Positions 1 through 10,415 are shown, numbered from the stretch's first letter. The stretch is DNA of 64,000 nucleotides from an uncultured Prolixibacteraceae bacterium (GCA_964429135.1 CAYSAU010000004.1:127028-191027); one strand, 5' to 3'. Notes: generated by a model from the sequence alone, not told the origin. Numbers and translations are program-made.

Positions 1-43
1 TTTATTGCTGCCTTTCAGGGATGGAATTATGATTGTAAGGAAG

Positions 44-547
44 TTATAACTTATACTCGTATTTTATTTCTGATAGTTCCTCATTGGCTTTAATAATTTT
101 CATTTTTAATTCATCCTTGAACAGTATCATTTTTTGATGTAGGGATTCATCGCCAGTGGCTAAAATCTCTGCCGCAAGAATAGCGGCATTTTGGGCGCCA
201 TTGATGGCCACTGTAGCCACCGGGATACCCGGAGGCATCTGAAGAATGGCCAGGGCAGCATCCAGTCCTTCTAAAGAGGCTTTGATGGGAACTCCGATGA
301 CCGGAATGGTGGTCATCGCGGCAATGACACCTGGAAGGTGAGCGGCCATGCCTGCCGCGGCGATGATCACCCTGATCCCGCGGGAATAAGCTTTTTTTGC
401 AAATTCTTCCACTTTTTCAGGGGTCCGGTGTGCTGATAAAGCATTCATCTCAAACGGAATCTGCATTTCATTGAGGAATTTTGCAGCAGCTTCCATGACC
501 GGAAGATCCGAAGTACTGCCCATGATGATACTGACTTTTGGGTTCAT
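44..547 (-). CDS. purE: N5-carboxyaminoimidazole ribonucleotide mutase (PurE)
   Basis: ORF 44..616 has PurE-type motifs GSTSDLPVM, SAHRTP and AAGMAAHLPGV. I moved the start to the internal ATG (MNPKVSII) at 547, because the 23 aa upstream extension would run into the hpt start region. Confidence 0.9.
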   Translation of the reverse strand: MNPKVSIIMGSTSDLPVMEAAAKFLNEMQIPFEMNALSAHRTPEKVEEFAKKAYSRGIRVIIAAAGMAAHLPGVIAAMTTIPVIGVPIKASLEGLDAALAILQMPPGIPVATVAINGAQNAAILAAEILATGDESLHQKMILFKDELKMKIIKANEELSEIKYEYKL

Positions 548-573
548 ATCGTTTTCGTTTTCAGGGATTGACA

Positions 574-581
574 CAAAAGTA
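574..581 (-). promoter_or_regulatory. putative Bacteroidota -7 box (TACTTTTG) for purE
   Basis: The plus strand reads CAAAAGTA, which is TACTTTTG on the minus strand. This matches the TAnnTTTG consensus and lies 27 nt upstream of the purE ATG at 547. It is a motif match only. Confidence 0.3.
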
Positions 582-594
582 GTGATAATTTGAC

Positions 595-602
595 TAAATT
601 TG
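595..602 (+). promoter_or_regulatory. putative Bacteroidota -7 box (TAAATTTG) for hpt
   Basis: TAAATTTG matches TAnnTTTG and lies 22 nt upstream of the hpt ATG at 624, in the 76-bp divergent purE/hpt intergenic region. It is a motif match only. Confidence 0.3.
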
Positions 603-623
603 CATTCATTAACCAAGCTGACT

Positions 624-1160
624 ATGGGAAAAATCCAGGTTCAAGATAAATTTTTTGAAAAATTCATTTCTACGGATGAAATTAATGCAGCTGTTCAGAG
701 GGTAGCCGAAGGTATCAATCGTGATTATGCCGGGAAAAATCCTCTTTTTTTGGCTATGCTGAACGGGGCATTTGTTTTTGCAGCCGACCTGCTGAGAAAA
801 ATCACTATCCCCTGTGAAATTTCGTTTGTGAAATATACTTCCTATTCGGGAACTCAGACCACCGAAACAATAAATGAATTGATCGGACTTACTGAAGATC
901 TGATGGGCAGGCATGTCATCATTTTGGAGGATATTGTGGATACCGGGATCACCATGAATAAACTGCTTCAGGATATACAGAAAAAAAATCCGGAGGATGT
1001 TAAAGTCGCCTGTTTCTGTTTCAAACCTGAAGCGTTCAGACATTTTTTCTCCATTGATTATCTTGGAATGAGTATCCCCAATGCTTTTATCGTAGGCTAT
1101 GGTCTTGATTATGACGGACAGGGAAGAAATTTACCGGATATATACAAGATTTCAGAATAA
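624..1160 (+). CDS. hpt: hypoxanthine phosphoribosyltransferase
   Basis: ORF 600..1160 has the PRPP-binding loop VIILEDIVDTGITM and GYGLDYDGQGRNLPDIY, typical of Hpt. The start is placed at MGKIQV (624). Confidence 0.88.
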   Translation: MGKIQVQDKFFEKFISTDEINAAVQRVAEGINRDYAGKNPLFLAMLNGAFVFAADLLRKITIPCEISFVKYTSYSGTQTTETINELIGLTEDLMGRHVIILEDIVDTGITMNKLLQDIQKKNPEDVKVACFCFKPEAFRHFFSIDYLGMSIPNAFIVGYGLDYDGQGRNLPDIYKISE

Positions 1161-1213
1161 TATTCAGATGATTTTTTAATGTTACGCGTTTTTTTTCTTT
1201 ATAGATCTGTTGT

Positions 1214-1780
1214 ATGTTTAATCTGATTTTGTTTGGACCCCCGGGAGCAGGCAAAGGCACACAGGCCGGGAAACTTGCCGGAAAATTTGGATGGAAGCAT
1301 ATTTCTACTGGTGATATCCTGAGGGAAGAAATCAAACGGGGTACTGCCTTGGGATTAGAAGTTAAATCGGCAATGGATTGCGGACAGCTGGTTCCTGATG
1401 AATTGCTGATTGAAATCATGGAATCAGTTTTTTTGACTGACAATTTGACAAAAGGCTATGTTCTGGATGGTTTCCCACGTACTATTCATCAGGCTGAGGA
1501 ATTGGATAAAATGCTGAATAAGTATGGTCAGAAAGTTTCCCAGGTCATTTCCCTGGAAGTCAATGAGGAAGAGCTTGTTCATCGCTTGCTGAAAAGAGCC
1601 CTGGAACAAGGCCGGAAAGATGATACAGAGGAAGTGATTAAGAACAGGTTGCTGCAATACCATCGACACACCAAACCACTGATCGAATATTACAAGGCAC
1701 AGAAAGTTTTCAATGAAGTTCATGGCCTAGGGACCATTGATGATATATTTAAATCCATTTGCAGCATTATTGTTGTTTGA
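1214..1780 (+). CDS. adk: adenylate kinase (short form without a zinc lid)
   Basis: It has the P-loop GPPGAGKGTQ, then ISTGDILR and DGFPRT. The length is 188 aa. Confidence 0.92.
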   Translation: MFNLILFGPPGAGKGTQAGKLAGKFGWKHISTGDILREEIKRGTALGLEVKSAMDCGQLVPDELLIEIMESVFLTDNLTKGYVLDGFPRTIHQAEELDKMLNKYGQKVSQVISLEVNEEELVHRLLKRALEQGRKDDTEEVIKNRLLQYHRHTKPLIEYYKAQKVFNEVHGLGTIDDIFKSICSIIVV

Positions 1781-1817
1781 ATCTTGTCATTCGTTTTTTC
1801 CAACACAATATTTAGCC

Positions 1818-2807
1818 ATGACTGAATCCAATTTTATTGATTATGTTAAAATTTTTTGTGCTTCGGGAAATGGAGGTGCCGGGTCCAAGCATTTTCTCCG
1901 TACCCGCACCAGTAATAAAGGGGGACCGGATGGTGGAGATGGGGGAAGGGGAGGCCATATCATGCTTAAGGGGAACAGGCAGTTTTGGACCTTGCTGCAT
2001 CTGAAATTCACCCGACATTTCCGGGCTGAGAACGGGGGCGACGGTGCCCGGCAGCTTCGTCATGGCGCAAACGGAGGGGATGTGGTCATCGAGGTTCCTC
2101 TTGGAACCATTGCCAGGGATGCGGAAAGCGGTAAATTTGAATGTGAGATCACAGAAGATGGACAGATCCATGTTTTAATTCCGGGAGGCAGAGGGGGATT
2201 AGGGAATGACCATTTTAAGAATGCTGTTCGACAAGCTCCGAAATTTGCACAGCCTGGTGAGGAAGGAAAGGAAGCATGGAAAATCCTGGAATTGAAATTA
2301 CTTGCAGATGTTGGACTGGTGGGATTTCCCAATGCCGGAAAGTCGACCCTTCTCTCGGTGATTTCCGCCGCCAAACCTCAGATTGCTGATTATCCATTCA
2401 CTACACTGGTCCCCCACTTGGGGATGGTGAGTGTTTTTGATAAAAGATCCTTTGTCATGGCTGATATCCCGGGGATTATTGAAGGGGCTCATGAAGGGAA
2501 AGGGATAGGGCTGAGGTTTCTCAGGCATATTGAACGGAATTCTGTTCTCCTGTTCATGATAGCGGTGGATTCCCCGGATATTCGGAAGGAATATCAGGTA
2601 TTGTTGCATGAATTGGAACAATTTAATCCCGAGTTGCTGGATAAGATAAGGGTTCTCGCGATCACCAAAGTTGATTTGGCAGATCAGGAAATCATTGAAG
2701 CCCTGAAACAGGATCTTCCCGATATTCCCTGTATATTTATTTCATCTCACCGAAATACCGGGCTAGATAGACTGAAAGAAATACTATGGCAGAAACTGAA
2801 TTCATAA
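1818..2807 (+). CDS. obg: GTPase Obg/CgtA
   Basis: It has the Gly-rich Obg fold GGDGGRGG, the G1 motif GFPNAGKST and the G3 motif DIPGIIEGA. The start is moved to the ATG at 1818 (MTESNFIDYV); the ORF-track start at 1737 overlaps the adk 3' end. Confidence 0.92.
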   Translation: MTESNFIDYVKIFCASGNGGAGSKHFLRTRTSNKGGPDGGDGGRGGHIMLKGNRQFWTLLHLKFTRHFRAENGGDGARQLRHGANGGDVVIEVPLGTIARDAESGKFECEITEDGQIHVLIPGGRGGLGNDHFKNAVRQAPKFAQPGEEGKEAWKILELKLLADVGLVGFPNAGKSTLLSVISAAKPQIADYPFTTLVPHLGMVSVFDKRSFVMADIPGIIEGAHEGKGIGLRFLRHIERNSVLLFMIAVDSPDIRKEYQVLLHELEQFNPELLDKIRVLAITKVDLADQEIIEALKQDLPDIPCIFISSHRNTGLDRLKEILWQKLNS

Positions 2808-2811
2808 AACC

Positions 2812-3369
2812 GTGTTAGCATCTCTTGCCCATATCGACCGTTCCTTGTTTCTTTTCCTGAATGGATTGCATGGTGAGTTTTTTGATCCCATTATGTTCTG
2901 GGCTAGTAAAACATTGATCTGGTTTCCCCTGTTTGTTTTTCTTTTTTATTTAGTCATCCGTTCTTTCCGATGGAAAACCATCATCATTGTTTTATCTGTA
3001 GCTATCCTGGTCACGGTTTCTGACCAGTTATGCAATCTTTCAAAAAATGGATTTAAACGCCTTAGGCCTTCGCATGAATCCAGCCTTTCTTCAGAAATTC
3101 ATACAGTAAATGACTACAAGGGAGGAGCTTACGGGTTTTATTCGGCCCATGCAAGCAATACTTTTGCCATTGCTGTTTTTCTCCTGGTATTATTCAGGAA
3201 GAAGTATCGCTTTCTTCCCTTCTTAATGATTTGCTGGGCCTTGTTTTTTTCCTATACCCGAATTTATCTCGGGGTACATTACCCGGGGGATATCCTGGCC
3301 GGGATACTGATCGGAAGTTTGTTGGGATATCTTTGTGGGAAATTTATTTCTTACAGGCTGATCAAGTAA
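2812..3369 (+). CDS. PAP2 family phosphatase (membrane, undecaprenyl-diphosphatase-like)
   Basis: It carries the three PAP2 motifs KRLRPSH, SAHASN and TRIYLGVHYPGD, has several hydrophobic segments, and starts with GTG. Confidence 0.8.
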   Translation: MLASLAHIDRSLFLFLNGLHGEFFDPIMFWASKTLIWFPLFVFLFYLVIRSFRWKTIIIVLSVAILVTVSDQLCNLSKNGFKRLRPSHESSLSSEIHTVNDYKGGAYGFYSAHASNTFAIAVFLLVLFRKKYRFLPFLMICWALFFSYTRIYLGVHYPGDILAGILIGSLLGYLCGKFISYRLIK

Positions 3370-3497
3370 TGATGTGGTAAGTGCCTTTCCTTTTAGACTA
3401 TCTTGAAGGTTTTCTTTCAGTGTACTACCATGGTTAATGGATCCGGGTGATTCCCCCAAAAATCACCGCCCCAAAACAAATTTCCCGGGATGGTTTT

Positions 3498-4451
3498 TCA
3501 TGGCCGGAGTGAAGCAAGTTTCTGGAAGAGGTTGAATTCTTCTGTTGTCAGATTTTGGGGAAGATCAACGATGATTTTCAAGTAAAGATCTCCGAAAATC
3601 CCTTTTTTCTGGTAAACAGGCATTCCCATCCCTTTCATACGAAGCACTTTTCCATTTTGGGTTTCTTTGGGAATTTTCATATTGAAAGTTCCCTTCCAGG
3701 TCTGGACAGCAACGTTTCCTCCAAGGATCGCCTTGTAAAGTGAAACCTGAAGATCCATGTATAAGTCATTCTCTTTTCGGTCGAAACGATCATCCGGCAA
3801 CATTTCAACCTGAAGCATGAGATTCCCGCTTTCAGCTCCACGACCTCCTTTTCCACCTTTGCCCCTGACCCTTAAAATCTGTCCGTTTTTCACTCCAGGC
3901 GGAATACTGATATTGATTTTTTCACCATTGATATTAAGCAAACGCTGACTTCCGCGAAAAGCCTCTTCAAGAGTTATTTCGAGCCGTGCTTCAAAATCCT
4001 GTCCTTTCCTAGGTATTTCCTGAGAGCGGGTGGAGCGTCTTCCTCCGCCGGAACTGAATAAATCTGAAAACCCGCTACCACTTCCCCCGAAGAAAACATT
4101 GAAAAAGTCAGAAAAATCAGTCCCTCCAAAATCCTCTGAGGAATAGGTACGTGAGTACTGTTTCCCTCCTCCCTGCCTGGCCCATTGTGAAAAATCTGCT
4201 CCTCCGGACTGGGATGATTGTGCATACTGCTTCCAGTTTGATCCAAGTTGGTCATATTTTTTCCTTTTTTCAGGATCGTTTAACACCTCATAGGCTTCTC
4301 CAAGATCTTTAAATTTTTCTTCAGCCTGTTTATTTCCGGGATTTTTATCCGGATGATATTTTACGGCAAGTTTCCGGTATTGTTTTTTGATTTCAGCCTG
4401 AGTGGCCGTTTTCGAAACACCCAGCACCTTGTAATAATCCTTGTATTCCAT
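3498..4451 (-). CDS. cbpA: DnaJ-class co-chaperone, CbpA-like (J domain plus C-terminal substrate-binding domains, no zinc finger)
   Basis: It has the J domain DYYKVLGV...YHPDKNPG, a Gly-rich linker, and no CxxCxGxG repeats. Confidence 0.8.
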   Translation of the reverse strand: MEYKDYYKVLGVSKTATQAEIKKQYRKLAVKYHPDKNPGNKQAEEKFKDLGEAYEVLNDPEKRKKYDQLGSNWKQYAQSSQSGGADFSQWARQGGGKQYSRTYSSEDFGGTDFSDFFNVFFGGSGSGFSDLFSSGGGRRSTRSQEIPRKGQDFEARLEITLEEAFRGSQRLLNINGEKINISIPPGVKNGQILRVRGKGGKGGRGAESGNLMLQVEMLPDDRFDRKENDLYMDLQVSLYKAILGGNVAVQTWKGTFNMKIPKETQNGKVLRMKGMGMPVYQKKGIFGDLYLKIIVDLPQNLTTEEFNLFQKLASLRP

Positions 4452-4466
4452 AAGAATAAAAAAATT

Positions 4467-4928
4467 TTAATATCCGTAGGTTCGGCCTTCAAACTTCTCC
4501 ACTTTTACCTGCATCACTTTCACTTCCCGTATGGAAGGAGGGTTAAACTTGAATTCTCCTGTTGAATATTGCGACATGATTACATGAAGCGCTTCTGTTT
4601 TTCTGATGTCCTCTTCAATGAATTTCACCTTGCCGTAAGCCAGGACAGATCGGTATTTCATGCTCCAGGAACAGGCGACATTTTCATTTTGATAGCGAAG
4701 CAGGTGATCGGTACTGAAGTGGATACAAACTTCAGGATGATTATTCAGGATGGTGATTTTTTTTCCTGATCCGGAGCCATGGAGAAAAATAATATCTTCC
4801 CGGAACCCGAAATTCATGGGAATGACATAAGGATGGTGATCGTCATCCACCATGGCAACATGACACCATTGACAACGCCGGATGATGTCGTGGATAGCCT
4901 TTTTATCCGTAAGGGCTTTGTTTTTCAT
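4467..4928 (-). CDS. pyridoxamine 5'-phosphate oxidase family (FMN-binding split-barrel) protein
   Basis: At 153 aa, the pattern HVAMVDDDHHPYVIPMNFGF...IFLHGSGSGKK is typical of the Pyridox_ox_2-type family. This is recognition by eye only. Confidence 0.6.
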   Translation of the reverse strand: MKNKALTDKKAIHDIIRRCQWCHVAMVDDDHHPYVIPMNFGFREDIIFLHGSGSGKKITILNNHPEVCIHFSTDHLLRYQNENVACSWSMKYRSVLAYGKVKFIEEDIRKTEALHVIMSQYSTGEFKFNPPSIREVKVMQVKVEKFEGRTYGY

Positions 4929-4939
4929 AATAAGATGAA

Positions 4940-6307
4940 TTATCCGAAAAGTTTTCTGTACACTTCTTCGATTTTTCCCGCCATGATGATGTTGATGGAA
5001 AAACGTTTAAGGTCTATTCCTTTCGCATTATGTTTTGAAATATAAATACGTTCGAAACCTAATTTTTCTGCTTCGGTGATCCTGATTTCCACACGGTTAA
5101 CAGGACGGATTTCGCCGCTCAGTCCTACCTCCGCGGCAAAGCATGTTTTATGGTCGATTGGCAAATCCTGGTTGGAGGAGAGGATGGCCGCGACAACAGC
5201 CAGATCAATGGCTGGATCTTCAACTTTGAGTCCACCCGCGATATTCAAAAATACGTCTTTATGTCCAAGCCTGAAACCGCTACGTTTTTCCAATACAGCA
5301 AGCAGCATATTAAGACGCCGGGGATCGAATCCCGTGGTGGAACGCTGTGGGGTCCCGTAAACGGCTGAGCTGACCAGGGACTGGGTTTCAATAAGCATGG
5401 GGCGCAATCCTTCTACCATGGCCGCGACAGCAATCCCGCTGACCGGCTCATCCCTTTGACTGAGCAGAACCTCTGAGGGATTGGATACTTCACGGAGACC
5501 ATGGTCATTCATTTCATAAATCCCCAACTCGGAGGTTGAACCAAAGCGATTTTTTAATGATCTTAGGATACGGTAACCGTAATTGCGGTCACCCTCAAAC
5601 TGCAATACTGTATCCACCATATGCTCCAGTATCTTTGGACCAGCCAGACTCCCGTCTTTAGTAATATGTCCGATCAGAAAAACCGGAACATGAGTGGTCT
5701 TGGAATATTTCTGAAGTTCTGTAGCACATTCCCTGATCTGTGAGATACTTCCTGCTGAGGATTCTATGATATCAGTCTGAAGGGTCTGAATGGAATCGAT
5801 GATGATAATGTCGGGCTGGAGGGCTTCGAGTTGTTGGAAAATCGCCTGGGTATTGGTCTCTGTAAGGATATAACAGGATTCATTATGAACGCCTACCCTT
5901 TCGGCCCTCATTCTGAGTTGCTGGTCACTTTCTTCCCCGCTGATGTATAAAATTTTTTGTCCCTTACACTTTAATGCAATCTGAAGCATCAGGGTTGATT
6001 TTCCGATACCCGGCTCTCCTCCGATCAGCACAAGGGAACCCGGGACGAGTCCTCCTCCCAGAACCCGGTTCAGCTCCTGGTTATGGGTGTTAATACGGGA
6101 TTCATTCTTGTAATTGATCTCCAGAATTTTTACAGGAGATCCGGATCGCCGATCGCCGGTTGCAGAACGCATTGCACTTTTTTCTTCCCGCTGGATTACT
6201 TCTTCCACCAAGGTATTCCATTCCCCGCAGTAAGGGCATTTCCCCATCCATTTTGGAGACTGTGAGCCACAATGCTGGCAAAAGAAAGCTGTTTTCACTT
6301 TTGCCAT
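4940..6307 (-). CDS. radA: DNA repair protein RadA/Sms
   Basis: It has the N-terminal zinc finger CQHCGSQSPKWMGKCPYCGEWNT, Walker A GEPGIGKST, the RadA-specific KNRFG motif and a Lon-like C-terminal domain. Confidence 0.95.
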   Translation of the reverse strand: MAKVKTAFFCQHCGSQSPKWMGKCPYCGEWNTLVEEVIQREEKSAMRSATGDRRSGSPVKILEINYKNESRINTHNQELNRVLGGGLVPGSLVLIGGEPGIGKSTLMLQIALKCKGQKILYISGEESDQQLRMRAERVGVHNESCYILTETNTQAIFQQLEALQPDIIIIDSIQTLQTDIIESSAGSISQIRECATELQKYSKTTHVPVFLIGHITKDGSLAGPKILEHMVDTVLQFEGDRNYGYRILRSLKNRFGSTSELGIYEMNDHGLREVSNPSEVLLSQRDEPVSGIAVAAMVEGLRPMLIETQSLVSSAVYGTPQRSTTGFDPRRLNMLLAVLEKRSGFRLGHKDVFLNIAGGLKVEDPAIDLAVVAAILSSNQDLPIDHKTCFAAEVGLSGEIRPVNRVEIRITEAEKLGFERIYISKHNAKGIDLKRFSINIIMAGKIEEVYRKLFG

Positions 6308-6318
6308 AGACTTAGTAT

Positions 6319-6816
6319 TTATTTAAATGAGTTATAAAGTTTTTCAACGATATGGCTGGTAGAATAATCCTTGACCAGATCAAGGGTCACTATTTTTCCT
6401 CCTTTGGCGTTGACAATATCAAAACCAGATATCTCCTCTTCTTTATAGTCTTTGCCTTTTACAAGAATATCCGGCTGAATCATTTGGATCAGCTTATAGG
6501 GTGTTTCATCTTCAAAAACGGTAACGGCATCGACAAAAAAAAGTGATGCCAGCGTCATGGCCCTTGCATGCTGGATATTCAGGGGCCGATGTGGCCCTTT
6601 CAATTTTCTGACGGACTCATCGGAATTCAGGCCGATGATCAGAATATGCCCCAGATCTTTTGCCTGGGCAAGGTAAGTGATATGACCCAGGTGTAAAATA
6701 TCGAAGCAACCATTCGTGAATACTATCTTCTGGCCTTTAAATCGCCAGATCGCCAGTTGTTTTTCAAGTTGCTCCCAGCTAAAAATTTTAGATTCAATAA
6801 AAGCCTTATTTTTCAT
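6319..6816 (-). CDS. D-glycero-beta-D-manno-heptose 1-phosphate adenylyltransferase-like cytidylyltransferase (RfaE domain II type)
   Basis: The pattern FTNGCFDILHLGHITYL...IIGLNSDESVRKLKGPHRP...KGKDY matches RfaE domain II over the full 165 aa. Confidence 0.8.
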   Translation of the reverse strand: MKNKAFIESKIFSWEQLEKQLAIWRFKGQKIVFTNGCFDILHLGHITYLAQAKDLGHILIIGLNSDESVRKLKGPHRPLNIQHARAMTLASLFFVDAVTVFEDETPYKLIQMIQPDILVKGKDYKEEEISGFDIVNAKGGKIVTLDLVKDYSTSHIVEKLYNSFK

Positions 6817-7909
6817 CTGGATTTCTATTGAAAGATAAAAGTAATAAAGATAATCCCCCCACCATGGCGATCATGACGGTCTGTGCAGTCCAGGCAATCC
6901 ATCCGATAGCAAGGCCTGTTGGTTTTGCCACAGCATACAGCAATAGAGTTTCCTGAATAATAGCGGGATAAAGACCGATCCCGCCAGGCGTGATCATAAT
7001 CCCGACGCTACCCAGCACGAGAGAAGATAAACCCGCGCCAAAACTTAAACCGCTCGTCTCGGTAAAACAATAAAAGATAAAATATAACATGAAAAAATAA
7101 AGAGTCCAGATTGCCAGAGAATAGAAAATAAATAACCATGGCTTTTTGATCAGGACAAGCGATTGTAATCCCTCCCAGAAACCAAGAACAAGTCTTTTAA
7201 TTTTCTGAAAAAAACGTAAGGACCTAAGTTTCTTCCTGAAAAGATAAAACAGAAAAACTAAGCAAGCTATAAAAACACCAACAAGGGATAATAATAACAG
7301 GGAATAGTGGAGATCTCCGAATTTCGCTGCCATCTGGGGATAAAGGTTCACCTTCAAATATCCGCTTATGGTGCCGATCTGGGTAAAGAACATTAAAACA
7401 AACAATAAAAAGAAAAGGATCATATCGATAGCCCTTTCGGTGATCACAGTTCCCAGGGCTTTATTAAAGGGGATCTTCTCGTACTGGTTCATCAAACCGC
7501 AACGGGTTACTTCTCCCAGGCGGGGAAAAGCAAGATTTGCAAAATATCCCACCATGACGGCATAGAAAGTGTTTTTAAATGACGGTTTGAATCCCATGGG
7601 AGTAAAAAACAGCATCCAGCGAAGAGAACGCAACACATGGCTGAGAATTCCCAGAAGGATGGAAAGCAGTACCCACCAGTAGTTTGCTGTCTGAAAGGAA
7701 TTGATAATTTGTGATTTTTCAAGTGAGGTGAGATTTCTGAGCGAGAGCCAAATAACTAGTAATCCCAATCCGAGAAAGAAAATGAACTTGAAGATAGTGA
7801 CAATTTTATTTCTTTTTTCCACGGGGGAGTTTATTTCCTTGATCGGGAAATGCGATGGCAGGTTTGAAATTTTTCGCGGTTTCAAAGTCCATGCTGGCAT
7901 AAGAAACAA
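6806..7909 (-). CDS. UPF0104 / lysylphosphatidylglycerol-synthase-TM-region family membrane protein
   Basis: It is a polytopic membrane protein with [10 protein letters not shown] and the [11 protein letters not shown] motif of the flippase-like LPG_synthase_TM family. The ORF-track start at 7909 overlaps panD by 104 nt. An in-frame GTG at 7822 (VEKRNKIV) is the more likely start. Confidence 0.65.
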   Translation of the reverse strand: MFLMPAWTLKPRKISNLPSHFPIKEINSPVEKRNKIVTIFKFIFFLGLGLLVIWLSLRNLTSLEKSQIINSFQTANYWWVLLSILLGILSHVLRSLRWMLFFTPMGFKPSFKNTFYAVMVGYFANLAFPRLGEVTRCGLMNQYEKIPFNKALGTVITERAIDMILFFLLFVLMFFTQIGTISGYLKVNLYPQMAAKFGDLHYSLLLLSLVGVFIACLVFLFYLFRKKLRSLRFFQKIKRLVLGFWEGLQSLVLIKKPWLFIFYSLAIWTLYFFMLYFIFYCFTETSGLSFGAGLSSLVLGSVGIMITPGGIGLYPAIIQETLLLYAVAKPTGLAIGWIAWTAQTVMIAMVGGLSLLLLSFNRNPDEK

Positions 7910-8171
7910 TGATTACCATATCGCCGGGTAAAAATTTACGGGCAGCAGCGCCGTTCAGGCAAATCACTCCACTACCTTTTTCCCCTTTGATCGCGTAGGT
8001 CTCAATTCGTTCTCCATTGTTGATATTCAATACCTGAACCTGTTCGAATTCAATTAGGTTAGCGGCTTTCATCAGGATTTCATCAATGGTAATACTCCCA
8101 ACATAATTAATATTGGCTTCTGTAACGGTAGCACGGTGTATCTTCGATTTTAAAACCTGAATCTGCATCAT
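7806..8171 (-). CDS. panD: aspartate 1-decarboxylase
   Basis: It has [23 protein letters not shown] (the self-processing Gly-Ser site) and is 121 aa long. Confidence 0.93.
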   Translation of the reverse strand: MMQIQVLKSKIHRATVTEANINYVGSITIDEILMKAANLIEFEQVQVLNINNGERIETYAIKGEKGSGVICLNGAAARKFLPGDMVIIVSYASMDFETAKNFKPAIAFPDQGNKLPRGKKK

Positions 8172-8183
8172 GCTGCAAAATTA

Positions 8184-9032
8184 CTAAAAAAGTTCAATAT
8201 TATCGATGAGGCGTATATCCCCCAGGAAAACAGCTGTCAATGCCACAAACTGGTCTTTATGTGACCAAGTTTCCACAGGCATCAGGGTGTTCTTTTCGGC
8301 AATTTCGAAATATTCCACTTTTAATTCAGGATTTTCCTGTATTTTTTTAATCGCCCATTCTTTTAATTTCCTTATCGGCATTTTGCCTTTCTTCTCCCTG
8401 ACTTCTGTAAGCACCTTGTAAATTTTTGGAGCAAGGTTGCGCTCGGCTATGGTCAGTCTTATATTTCGGGAACTCATGGCCAGGCCATCGGTTTCTCTTA
8501 CTGTTTCGCAGGGAATGATGTCAATGGGTAACATCAGCGTATTGACGAGCTGTCTGATAATGGCAAGCTGTTGGTAGTCTTTTTTCCCAAAATATGCTCT
8601 GGATGGTTCTATGATCCCGAATAATTTTTTTACCACAATGGCTACTCCTTTAAAATGACCTGGTCTGAATTTTCCTTCCATGATCTTGTCGAGCATACCA
8701 AAATCGACATCTATGGAAATCATTTCGTTTTCAGGGTACATTTCTGTCACCGAAGGGGCAAATAAAATATCACAACCTTCTTTGGCAAGCATTTCAGCAT
8801 CGCGGTCGATAGAACGTGGGTATTTTTCAAGGTCATTCGGGTTATTGAACTGGATGGGATTGATAAAAATACTGCAAACGGTGACATTGTTTTCCTTAAC
8901 CGATTTCCTCACCAGTTCCAGATGGCCTTCATGCAAGGCCCCCATGGTGGGAACAAAGCCAATGGACAAGCCTTGCTCCCTCAATTTCCGGACTTCGGTT
9001 TTTGTTTTTCTGATTGTTTCTATCAGTTTCAT
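8184..9032 (-). CDS. panC: pantoate--beta-alanine ligase
   Basis: It has the PTMGALHEGH and FGKKDYQQ motifs and is 282 aa long. Confidence 0.93.
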   Translation of the reverse strand: MKLIETIRKTKTEVRKLREQGLSIGFVPTMGALHEGHLELVRKSVKENNVTVCSIFINPIQFNNPNDLEKYPRSIDRDAEMLAKEGCDILFAPSVTEMYPENEMISIDVDFGMLDKIMEGKFRPGHFKGVAIVVKKLFGIIEPSRAYFGKKDYQQLAIIRQLVNTLMLPIDIIPCETVRETDGLAMSSRNIRLTIAERNLAPKIYKVLTEVREKKGKMPIRKLKEWAIKKIQENPELKVEYFEIAEKNTLMPVETWSHKDQFVALTAVFLGDIRLIDNIELF

Positions 9033-9046
9033 TTTTTCTGAAGAGA

Positions 9047-9703
9047 TTACATCTTTATAATTTTATACTGGATGGCAATTTTGACCATCTCAACAGAGGA
9101 TTTACACCCGAGTTTTTTCATGATATGGTTTTTGTGTGTTTCAACCGTCCGGATACTGATGCCCAAACTTTCCTGAATTTCTTTATTGACAAATCCTTCT
9201 GCGATAAGCTTTAAAATTTCAAGTTCACGCTTTGATAAAGAGGATAATTTTGTGTCCTCGTGACCGGGATCCTTCGCCTGACGGATATAACTATTGACCA
9301 GGATTTTCGAGATCAAATCTCCAAAAAACTCTTCTCCTTTATAAACAGCATAGATGGCTTTGACCAGCTCATCACGGGTAGTGTTCTTAGGGAGATAGCC
9401 TTTTGCCCCTGCATTCAGGGCATTGACCACAAAATCTTCATGGGTGTACATAGACAGGATAAGAACCCTGATATGCGGAAACTCTGCAGAAATCCTTTTG
9501 GTGATCTCGATGCCGGAAATATCCGGAAGTGAAATGTCTAAAACCAAAACATCCGGTTGGGTGGTTTCCAATTTTTCAAACAGGCTTTTTCCTGAATTTG
9601 CCTCTCCAATGATAATGATATCTGGAATTCCGGAAAGCAATGCCTTAATGCCATCCCGGACCAGATCATGATCCTCGGTCAGAAATATGCTGATCTTCTC
9701 CAT
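9047..9703 (-). CDS. NarL/LuxR-family response regulator
   Basis: It has a receiver domain (DVLVLDISLPDISG) and a C-terminal LuxR HTH (LSKRELEILKLIAEGFVNKEI...RTVETHKNHIMKKLG). The TAATG overlap with the kinase stop at 9703 suggests translational coupling. Confidence 0.9.
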   Translation of the reverse strand: MEKISIFLTEDHDLVRDGIKALLSGIPDIIIIGEANSGKSLFEKLETTQPDVLVLDISLPDISGIEITKRISAEFPHIRVLILSMYTHEDFVVNALNAGAKGYLPKNTTRDELVKAIYAVYKGEEFFGDLISKILVNSYIRQAKDPGHEDTKLSSLSKRELEILKLIAEGFVNKEIQESLGISIRTVETHKNHIMKKLGCKSSVEMVKIAIQYKIIKM

Positions 9704-10368
9704 TATTGATTCAGTGGTATTTTGATTTGTATTAAGGTTCCCTTCCCAGGGGCGGACTTGATATCTATGTTGCCATTTAATAAATTTACCCTTTCAGCGA
9801 TATTATGTAAGCCGTGACCTCCATGTTTTCCGGGTACTTTTGGACGGAATCCGATCCCATCGTCCTGAATACTCAGGTATATATCTTCACCGGCACTGGT
9901 CAGTCTCAGATAACCTTGTCTGGCACCGGAATGTTTGACGATATTATGGATGGCTTCCTGAAAAATCCGGTAAAGATGAGTCTGGATTTTTTTATTCCAA
10001 AGATCAGTCCTGACGCGATGTTCAAATTTGATTTTTATCCCGGAAGCCCTGCTCGAATCCTCACAGAGGTTAAAGAGGGCAATGACCAGCCCGAATTCAT
10101 CCAATACGGGAGGCATCAGGTCAGTAGTTATCCTCCTGATCTCATCAATGATATGATCAAACTGAATTTTGATGCCTTCGAGATTCTCTTTGATATCTTT
10201 TTCTTCCATATAGGTCAGGCTGTCCAGTTTCATTTTGATGGCGATCAGTGATTGTCCGATGCCATCATGCAGTTCTCTGGAAAGCCTTTGTCGCTCGAGT
10301 TCCTGTCCGTCAATCACGGAAACGATGTTCGGGCTAGTGCTTTTTTTACTACTTTTGATCGTTGCCAT
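9703..10368 (-). CDS. histidine kinase core only (HisKA_3 plus HATPase_c), with no sensor or TM domain
   Basis: It has the H-box RLSRELHDGIGQSL, the N-box IFQEAIHNIVKHS and the G-boxes DDGIGF and GHGLHNIAERV. Only about 30 aa precede the H-box, and the ORF cannot be extended upstream. Confidence 0.85.
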   Translation of the reverse strand: MATIKSSKKSTSPNIVSVIDGQELERQRLSRELHDGIGQSLIAIKMKLDSLTYMEEKDIKENLEGIKIQFDHIIDEIRRITTDLMPPVLDEFGLVIALFNLCEDSSRASGIKIKFEHRVRTDLWNKKIQTHLYRIFQEAIHNIVKHSGARQGYLRLTSAGEDIYLSIQDDGIGFRPKVPGKHGGHGLHNIAERVNLLNGNIDIKSAPGKGTLIQIKIPLNQ

Positions 10369-10415
10369 AAGGCCGGTAACAGTAAAGTTGAGACAAACAT
10401 ACTAATTTTCGGGTT

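Noticed and set aside
3446-3467. A weak hairpin (GGTGATT ... AATCACC) lies between the convergent PAP2 and cbpA-like genes.
   Set aside because: It has only a 7-bp stem with an 8-nt loop and no flanking T-run, which is not enough to call a terminator.
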